64,000 nt of DNA from Octopus vulgaris (lineage: Eukaryota), in the NCBI GenBank assembly GCA_951406725.2, contig OX597817.1, positions 100,688,001-100,752,000 of the forward strand, in the 5' to 3' direction. How positions within the stretch are numbered: position 1 is the first letter of the stretch; every line of letters begins with the position of its first letter. A model generated the notes under the pieces. The model ran no database searches and was not told the DNA's origin. It saw only the letters and a list, made by a program, of their open reading frames with translations. This document shows positions 54,070-64,000 of this stretch, in pieces. The position numbers and the translations under genes were made by a program.

Positions 54070-54080
<11 letters not shown>
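53805..54080. repeat. Near-perfect ~135-bp-arm palindrome containing hammerhead 3' halves
   Basis: Centre TTAG 53941-53944; each arm has GAAAGCUGCAAA..UUUGCAGCCUUC GAAA CAUAUG UA GAAAA. Confidence 0.9.
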
Positions 54081-54140
<60 letters not shown>

Positions 54141-55201
54141 ATGTATTTGTGCGAGTGTGTGCATATGCGTTTATATGAATGTTGAATTTTCTTTTTTTGT
54201 GGATAAATGCATGAACAAATTGTAGTAAGGGCTAACATCTGTAAAAAGAATCTGCAAATATTTCAATTTTTAAAATTTTAACTATAAATTGTAACCATTA
54301 ATTTAATTAGGGATATCTACTTTTACTTAATTGATCACCAGGCTGACTGATTTTAAAGTTATTTAATCAATTAGCTGGAAAAATCGCTATTAGTTTGTCT
54401 AGTCAAATCATTTTTGAGGATGAATTCCAACCAGCAGTCACTAATTATGGCCGCTTACCCTAGTTATTACTTCCCCTTAACCACAAATATTTCAATAAAT
54501 TTCCTACGGTATTAATTCGTTTCATTGTTTTTACTAATTTCGCTTTCATATTGACAAACTGTTGGACATTTTCCAACCCTAACTGTCTTACTTCCTAAGT
54601 GTCCGGTTCCTCTCTTAACATTTCCATAATATTATGTTTTAAATCTAGTATTACTACCACAAGCGTTTTAGGACCCCTTACAACATACACCATCTTCCTA
54701 TTCATTTATTTACTTATTTTACCCCGTATAACGGTCTCAATAGCTGGCCCCCTCAGCTGGCTTTTTGTTTTTAAATTTATACTGACCAATTACATCGAAT
54801 GTTGAACCGTAGCCTATCTCACTTCGGACAACAGGTGAAAGGGCTTAACCACCTAATAGTAAATAAATAAATTGCATTTAACCGATTAGCACTATATTAT
54901 GATTAATACTATTAATTAGTACTAGAAACATAACTATTATAAATTATTATGTTTAATATAAAACCTCACTATATCTACACCCCTTCTCCAACTAATTCCT
55001 ACTGGTATCCCATTATTATTATTATTTAAAAAAAATTATTTCCATCCTATCCCCCTTGTACAAAGGACTAATTCACGAATTGCTATTTTGTTTTAGCCTT
55101 TTACTTAACGGCCCAAAGAGACACGCAAGCAAAATGGTATGATTACAACCATATTCAACTTTACCATTTTTCTTCTCTATGCTTTTCTTCTTTATTTATT
55201 C

Positions 55202-55327
55202 TCCACTCTGATGAGGCTTCTTGTTTCAGATCGGTTTTATTACCAAATATGATTAATATTTTTACATATTTTGAATATCAATGGCAATACCATATAACAT
55301 TGGAAGCAGAAACAGCTGTTAGATGGG
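55202..55327 (+). ncRNA. Type I hammerhead ribozyme with very long helix II
   Basis: UCCACU CUGAUGA g GCUUC(~82 nt)GAAGC a GAAA CAGCUG UU AG(A)UGGG; palindromic helix III, GUU triplet. Confidence 0.72.
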
Positions 55328-55585
55328 ATGCAGTCTATTTGCATTGAATTAATAAATAATAATTGATATAAGTCAATTGTTGTTCATTAGAACTACTCCA
55401 TTTTCTGTTTTCTTTAAATTTTGCTTCTTGATAAACCCATATTTACCCTTGTCTTTATGAACATAACTTATGAACATAATAGGTTTGCATATGTATGTCC
55501 ATGGTTAAATATAGGTAATATACTGGTAGCATAATGGATACGTCTATCCTTAGACAGTTATTTTAACCTCTATCTCAACTAACCT

Positions 55586-55643
<58 letters not shown>

Positions 55644-55816
55644 CAGGTGCACATTGGTCATGTGCATTCTACTATAGGGATGTACGAATGTACGTAGATG
55701 TGAATATTTTGAAAGAGAAATATTTCTGCTGGCATTTCAGTAACTGAGGTAGCTTCTCAATTGCAGAAGACTTACTTGCTGGAGTGAAAACACGCACACG
55801 CACGCACGCGCACACA

Positions 55817-55884
<68 letters not shown>

Positions 55885-55894
55885 CACACACATA

Positions 55895-56090
55895 TATTGC
55901 TTTCAAAGTTTAGTAGACGGCCAGCAATTTCGAGGGATGGGGTAAGTGGATTATATCGAACCCAGTGCTCGAATGGTATTTATTTTATCAACATTCGAAA
56001 GGGTGAAGATAAAACCAGAAGGCAAAGACGAACGAAATGTTACTAAGCATTTCGCCACGCGTGCTGACGATTCTGCCGGCTTTCCGCCTG
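55895..56090 (-). mobile_element. Degenerate Meta/MESC-like SINE
   Basis: CCAGCAATTTCGAGGG..CCCAGTGCTCGAATGGTATTTATTTTATC..CTAAGCATTTCG..GATTCTGCC. Confidence 0.7.
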
Positions 56091-56198
56091 TATATATTAG
56101 TACACTAAAAATATGCCTTGATATATCCTAATGAGAATACGGAAAGTGTTCACGGACCAATATGCTGTCCTTTTGTATTGAAAAAAATATATATATGC

Positions 56199-56245
<47 letters not shown>

Positions 56246-57065
56246 CACACATACATATATATACATAAGTGTGTGTGTGTGCGCGGATAAACGCGTATGA
56301 ATAAACTTCTGCACTCACCTTTATATATTAGTGTACTCATGGAGTTAGAATTTTCATATATTTTTATTTGTCTATGTCCATTTTAAGATTTTCTTTTTCT
56401 TTCGATATACACTTTTTGGTTCATATACTTTTTACTATTCCAGTAGCCACTCACATATATCTTTGTCTGGCAGAATCTAGTCACGTCAACAGCGATTCTA
56501 GTCAGAAAATACAGTCTAGTCTGTCTGAAAATCAACGTATGTCACTATGACAATTCCTTTTTCATTTATTTTCGACTTCTAATTTTAGGTAGCGGACTGT
56601 GAAGTGATAATTTGTTAAAAATATTTCATCAAAATGCAGCCTAAATACCGCAAGCTTGGTAATTCAGAACAAAGACAAGCAAGCTTTAAGAAAATAAAAG
56701 GTATAAACCGAACCACCAAGAAAGAAAAATAGAAAAAGAAAAACAAGAAAAGAGATGAGGACTTGAAGAATGTAGAATTAGATAGCGATCCGTGAATAGC
56801 AGGAAATGTTAGAATACAGGTTACAAAGGCTTGGAGAACATTGAATGTGTGAAGTAAACCCACCAACGTGAGCTGAATTTCAGCTTCGAAAGCGAGAGAG
56901 CTTTCAAATAGAATAAGTAACGCATGCTAAGACATATACGCTGGCGCGTGCACACAAGGACACGCACACATGCACACACGCACACACGCACACACACACA
57001 CACACACATACAACAGACACATAAATCACACATGCACACATACACACACACATACAATCACACAT

Positions 57066-57106
<41 letters not shown>

Positions 57107-57328
57107 TAAACAGCAAACAAACATCGTGCAAAGGGAGCTTATAACTATGGTGCAACATATGGCTGTGAATTTAATAGATTGCTGATGCTGATTATATCTC
57201 AAAACTATGAAGCAAGAAGCGTGGAGCAAAAATATAAGGAAATTGGAGGATTGTAATGTTTACCAAATGGCAAAGTCCATCTGAGATTGTTGACACATGC
57301 TTCCACACCCTTTATGAAGAATGCTGCC

Positions 57329-57365
<37 letters not shown>

Positions 57366-57880
57366 CCTAGATGCGCATTATACTTGACGAGGCAATCATA
57401 GTTCAAACCATGGTCTTTAATCCCTGGCAGTGCACAACGATTAAACAAGTTGTTGTTGCAATGGCTTTATGTAAAGTAATCGAAGGACGTCTAATGTATC
57501 ACATAAAAATATGGAATATTTATCGCCAAATACCTCATGGAACATGTGGATGTATCATTGAGTATTCACATCGTTAGTCGCTGATAAGCTAAAGACATAC
57601 TTGTTAAGCCAGAAATTATGTGGCGTTTGATGACATGAGTCTGTGGAATATCAATCAGCCTGAAATAAACAGAGAAACACGGTGGGTGAAAGATAGTAAA
57701 GATACATTTCAAGATCTCCATCTGGAGACTATAATACGTTGCGATACTTAAATTCATGCCAGAGTGCACAATACTTTATATTTATGTGAATTAAAGAAAT
57801 TAACATACTGTGGTTTTGTACATACATACATACATACATACATAATACATACATACATAATACATACATACATACATACA

Positions 57881-58288
57881 GGCGTAGGAGTGGCTGTGTG
57901 GTAAGTAGCTTGCTTACCAACCACATGGTTCCGGGTTCAGTCCCACTGCATGGCACCTTGGGCAAGTGTCTTCTACTATAGCCTCGGGCCGACCAAAGCC
58001 TTGTGAGTGGATTTGGTAGACGGGAACTGAAAGAAGCCCGTCTTATATTTGTTTATATATATATATATGTACATGTGTGTATATGTCTATGTGTGTGCCC
58101 TCAACATCGCTTGACAACAGATGCTGGTGTGTTTACGTCTCCGTAACTTAGCGGTTCGGCAAAAGGGCCCGATAGAATAAGTACTAGGCTTACAAAGCAT
58201 AAGTCATGGGGTCGATTTCCTCGACTAAAAGCGGTGCTCCAGCATAGCCGCCGTCAAATGACTGAAACAAATAAAAGAGTAAAAGAGT
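57881..58288 (+). mobile_element. Full-length SINE (48608 family)
   Basis: Near-identical head to 48608 copy; AAAAGAGT tail. Confidence 0.92.
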
Positions 58289-58305
58289 ATACACACACAC
58301 ATATA

Positions 58306-58502
58306 GGTGCAGGCATGGCTGTGTGGTAAGAAGTTTGCTTCCCGAAGACATGATTTAGTCCTACCGCATCACATCTTGGGCAAGTCTTCTACAATAGTTA
58401 CAGGTCGACCAAATCCTTGTGAGTGGATTTGGTAGACGGAAACCTAAAGAAGCCTATCGCATAAATATGTGTGTGTATGAGTGTGTGTGCATGAGTGTGT
58501 GC

Positions 58503-58564
<62 letters not shown>

Positions 58565-58775
58565 CTTCGAATCGGTGTTTGTCCTCACCCGCTGTTTGAC
58601 AACCGGTGTTGGTTTGTTTAGGCCCGCGGAGTATAGTGCTCTGGCAATAGAGAGCGATAGAATAAATACCCAGCTTAAAAATATGTATTGGGGTAGATTC
58701 GTTCAACCAAAGGGTTCAAGGTGTGTCCCAGCATGGCCGCAGTCGAATGACTGAAAAAATAAAAGATAAAAGATT
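58306..58775 (+). mobile_element. Older SINE copy in tandem with the previous one
   Basis: Same architecture, more diverged; AAAAGAT tail. Confidence 0.85.
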
Positions 58776-60442
58776 ATACTGACTCTATTACGTTTTATGA
58801 ACAATGTACTTTTATAAATTGAGTTTGGCTAATTCTGCTGTTACAAATTTACACGTTCATTTATATGTACATGCATAGTCATACATACAGACGTGGGCGC
58901 GCACACACGTACATACATAAATACATACATACATACATACATACATACATACATACATACATACATACATACATGCATACATAAATACATTAAATAATTA
59001 AGATTCAATTGAATTAGGTACTTGAGTTGAAGCACCAAATCAGTCCAGTATTACCTGCACAGCTCGAAGGAAGGTGAATAAACTCAAAATAAACAATAGG
59101 ATATCAAGTAGTAATGCAGTATTACCGTTTCAAGCAGTTCCATTTAATTGAACAGTGTAATGATTACAGCAATATGCAGTGCTATCTTCAGCTGCACAAA
59201 TGAATAAATGGAATTTTAACAAGTAGGACACATTAATATAATTTTCCTTAAATATTTTAACAGAGTAAGAAGATGGGAGAAATCCATGTTGTCGCTAAGA
59301 ATAGACTACGACTTCTAAGAATCGCATAGGGCAGAGTGGGGTCATAGGGTTGTAAGAATTGTAATTCATTTCTAATTCATTTATCTCTTTATGAACTACT
59401 AAATCTGAGACTAGAAGACTGTGTCTATTTTGAATAAAGGACAAGAATGAGTTGACAGCTCATGGCTAGGTATGGTCATAAATATTATCATGTATCCCTT
59501 TTCCCCAGGAAGGAAATAATGCATTAGGAGTAGTCAGCTGGATATAAGTAACTGTCTATAAAAAGAGGCAGGGTAGGGGTAGACTATAAATCATGATGTT
59601 AATTACCAGTTAAAGGGGAAAGACGCGAAGAAACCTAATATGTTAATACAGAGGAAGTTTTATTAGGGGCACTATGGGGGAATGTTTATAAACAATATTG
59701 TTATGTTGTATAAAAATAAAATTTAAGAATTCCAAAAATGATATCATAACCCAAATAGGTAAATGGTGTGTATATATAAATTATAAACATTAAAAAAGAA
59801 AGAGTACAGAGAATCAGTTTAATATTCATTCATGTACTTAATTAATTAATTATTAGGTGGTTTCTATAAAGACTGCTCATATATACCAGACTAGTTTCAA
59901 CAATATTTTCTGTTTATGAATGGTAAAAATTTAGAATTATGAATTAGAAAAACATACTTAAAAGTTCCAATGTTGACAAGTTTAAATGCGCACAACAGCC
60001 ACTAATATAAACACTGTGGGTCAACTTATTTAAATGTACAAAATTCAGTAGTGTTAGTAGTGGTTGACAAGAAATGAATATCATCAAAGTTTCAGTCATA
60101 CCGAGTTAAGTGGGAGAAAAGCAAGGGAGAAATGAAGATAGTTAAAAAAGGATTTGGCTTACATTTTCTGTGATTCTCTTTCCGTCGTGTGCAGAAACTT
60201 TCGCTTGTAACGGTGTTTTTTAGAATCTGGTGTATTTATAATGTTTTCCGCAAACGGATCTGATTTTTGATTCGTTAAAGTAGTGGTGACATCTTGTTTT
60301 TCTGGTGGTCAAGTTTGTCGTTCTGCCTGATTGGCTTCCCTGTGGGGAACGATCATCAGCCATTCCTGTTGTATTTGCTGAAATTCGGTTTTGATCGGAG
60401 GTAAAGTTTCATTGGTCTAGAGTTAGGTGACGTCGGTATTTG

Positions 60443-60572
<130 letters not shown>

Positions 60573-60613
60573 ACAAAACAGGTAAGAAGAAATTATTTGG
60601 TATTATTTATTCT

Positions 60614-60707
60614 CCATTGCACGTGTTTCATTTGCTAATAGGAATTACAAAGATCTAAAAGTTACATAGATAATGAAGGAATTTCATATTAAAAGTTCAT
60701 CAGATAG
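60614..60707 (-). ncRNA. Degenerate hammerhead with long helix II
   Basis: CUAU CUGAUGA ..UAAUA..AAUU..AAUU..UAUUA.. GAAA CACGUG CA AUGG; U16.1 replaced by C. Confidence 0.5.
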
Positions 60708-61329
60708 ATAAAGTATTTTAAAATGCAAAAGTTACATTTTGATGAAGCGTTTATATTTGGATCAGGAGCATCAAAACGCTGGTGAAGAAAAGTGGGATAT
60801 ACAAACATACGCACACATATACACATGTACATAGATGTACTAGTACATATGCTCATATACACAAGCACACTGATATATATTCATACATACTCAGAAATAG
60901 ACATAAATTCATACATACATACATATATACATACATACGTATACACATATATACATATACACACAGACACGACGCACACACTCACACACACGCACACACA
61001 CATGCTATACACAGATACACATAAGCATACTTAAGCACACAAATATATATATATGCACGCACACGTACACAGATGCTCACACGCATACACACGCAGACAT
61101 AAATATAAATATACACTGACATATGCACGCGCACAAACATGCTCATACACACACGTACAGACACATGTATATACATATACATCTTCATATATATATACAT
61201 ACACTCACACACACACACACACATCACATTCTATATAATATAATTCTCGAAGACAATTCAATGAACTCAATATAATAGTTATATAGATGCCAATATCTCG
61301 AATAAAAATGTGTGTGTGTGTGTGTGTGT

Positions 61330-61400
61330 TGACGGAAACTGAAAGAAACCCGTGGTGTATATATATATATATGTATATATATATATGTATATATGTATAA

Positions 61401-61472
<72 letters not shown>

Positions 61473-61650
61473 TTGTTTTTGTGTTTATCTCCCCACCACC
61501 TGACAACCGATGTTGGTGTGTTTACGTCCTATAACTTAGTGGTTTAGCAAGACACCGATAGAAAAAGTACCACTTAAAAAAAGTACTGGGATCAATTCGT
61601 TCGACTATATTTCTGCAAGTTTAACGAATAAAATTAGTGAAAGATAAAAG
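61330..61650 (+). mobile_element. 5'-truncated SINE (48608 family) with expanded internal TA tract
   Basis: GACGGAAACTGAAAGAAACCCG..(TA)n..TGACAACCGATGTTGGTGTGTTTACGTCC. Confidence 0.8.
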
Positions 61651-61658
61651 GTAAACGA

Positions 61659-61737
<79 letters not shown>

Positions 61738-62698
61738 ACTATCTATCTACATGGTTATCTCATCTATTTTGGAGTATGTATCATTCTCCCTTAGCTTGTG
61801 TTCTTTCCTTCGAAGGGGTTTTGACTGCTACTTCCAGCAAATCGAGTGACTTCCCTGTGTCGTCTTTGTTAATACAATTGTCAATGTGGGTGCATGCTCA
61901 TGATATGCTTACCGAATCGCCTACATTTATGTATGAATGAAGAACCTGATAGATAGGCAGTCAGGTTGTGGCTAAACATTTTATAGTTCTGCTGCAAAAT
62001 AGCTAGTGAACATGTCGTATGCCGCGTGTTTTGTACCGCTTCATAGTTATTACTAAGTCTGCTGCTATAATTCAAGTAATGGTTATTGACATATTTATTT
62101 CTGATAAAAGAATGAATAATATTTTTAAAAAGAAGCTAATAATATTTGTAATAACGTACAGTAAATAGGTCTGAAGAATTAAATTCGGGGCAATGTTTTT
62201 AATAACTACATGCATCAAATACACTCTCATAGAATCAGTTAGAAACTGTTAAAGCATCTGAAAGTTAGCTGCTGTTATTACTGCTAACTGTGAGTGCAGT
62301 TGCAGCAGTGAAGGCGTTAGAAACGCATCGCATTTCTGTGAATGGCAGTTAAAGGGACGGCAGCAGGAGCAGCTTATATTCACTAAATTATCGCTTGCAC
62401 TTATACACTGCTTGTAGCTGCTAGAAGTCTGCGATAAAAAAAAAATATATATACAAACATATACACCCACCCACTACCCCAACGCACATATACGCAGATA
62501 CATTCGCACACACAAAATCGCACGCGTACATACGCACATACACTTATAGCCATATCTATGCATCCTGACATGTGTAGCACACAATTATACACGCAGATCA
62601 AAAGAAATAAATTTCTATTGCATTCTAAAATAGTCAGACAAGTTTAAAACATTTTAAATATATATGCGTATTGTTTTGATAGTGCATACACAGACACA

Positions 62699-62747
<49 letters not shown>

Positions 62748-64000
62748 ACACACACACATGAATCTGAAGGTACACGTGCTTTTACTACAGTGAATCAGCT
62801 GGAACTGTCGCGCGAAATATCCAGACGGTTCTAATAATCTGCTAATAGTACACATAATGAAAATAGTTTGATAAGGTAGAATGAAAAAAAACTGAGCTGG
62901 TGAGAAATACAGACAGCAGGGAAGAGAAAGGAAGAAATAAGGAGTGATAACCACATTTATCTGATATATTAAAGTGGCAGATAAACTTCGCTCCGAAATA
63001 TAAACACACACACAACCACCTGCTTCAACACAGAGAAAGACAGAAGAGAAGGAAACACAAGCATTAAATGCGAATGGATAATTCTTAGACATTAAGATTA
63101 GCAACAATAGTAGTTGGAACAGCATGGGACAGAGAGAACGAGGAAATAGTAATCAAATAGAATCAATGGACCAGTATTAAATCAGCTGATGAAAGGTAAA
63201 TATACATGTTCATTTTTATGTACTCTGTCAGAATGTATGGCGTCTGTGCCTGTTGATTGTAGCGGCATTAATAAGTAAATATTGAAGTAGTTACAACATT
63301 CATACGTGATGATAAGTTGTCGGGAAAATAAGTTCAGTACCGAGTCTCAGTCGCCAACTGGAGGTGTTTCATTTTTACTTCTGTTGCAAGCATTTTCGAG
63401 TAATGCATGAACAGTACAGCAAGCAATTCAAAATAAAATTTAAATCTTAGCTTCATGTCTATATAAGTCATTATATACATTTTAGGGGTTTCCAATCAAC
63501 TTTCAGTATTCCGATTACATGAAATGGACATCTATTGTATTATTGAAAATGTTCATACAAGAATAGTCTTTAAGTTGATATCTATTTGACTTTTTAAATT
63601 AAAAAATGGAAATTAAAAAGAATTTACATGGCTCCAAATCGATATTTAGGCAGTTCTAAGGCAGTTTATAACTTTCTTTTGTCGCTGCAGGCTTATTATC
63701 AATATATAGAGAGATCTTGGGAATTATATGTTGATGTGAAAAATATGTTGTACTGTGACACATATATATCCAATTAATAGAAATAACTAAAACAAATAAT
63801 TTAACAGATTTTGATATTAATAAAAATAGGTGGTGAAATAGCAGGAGCACGTCATCGGACTAAACGCCATCTCCTTTTGTCTAAATTGATCTCTATTAAA
63901 TAATTACCAGCAATACACTTAATTTGATTGAATTATCTGAATCCCATCCCCAACGAAATTTGGTTTTGTAATAAACTAATAAATCAATATAAAAGAGTTA

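Noticed and set aside
54430-54830. Coding-looking minus-strand stretch near the 55202 hammerhead
   Set aside because: Interrupted by stops and no motif I can assign
59886-59985. Minus-strand GAAA CUAG UC with helix II-like pairing
   Set aside because: No CUGANGA core found upstream; only half a motif

Overview
AT-rich, repeat-saturated animal genomic DNA with no host protein-coding gene, rRNA, true tRNA or CRISPR array that I can support. The SINE families and the very high TA/CA/AAT microsatellite density resemble an octopus (cephalopod) genome; this is an inference from recalled repeat families, not a search result. Most ORFs in the track are microsatellite translations. Recognisable content: (i) five decayed R4/Dong-clade RLE retrotransposon fragments abutting trinucleotide microsatellites, three of which share a covarying 3' stem-loop; (ii) Tx1/L1-clade remnants, one lacking its RT; (iii) mariner, maT/DD37D and probable piggyBac remnants; (iv) three tRNA-derived SINE families; (v) a 1.06-kb long-TIR transposon with an exact 8-bp target-site duplication that carries a (TTAGGG)n tract; (vi) about ten type I hammerhead ribozyme motifs, read directly from sequence, in Penelope-like fragments sitting in microsatellite (mostly TA) tracts and often folded back as inverted repeats. 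Several hammerheads have a very long helix II and a palindromic helix III, and one lies downstream of a tRNA-derived Pol III head. The hammerhead/foldback system and the telomere-carrying transposon are the best leads. All structures were paired by eye; no alignment, folding or database search was run, and element boundaries are approximate unless stated.
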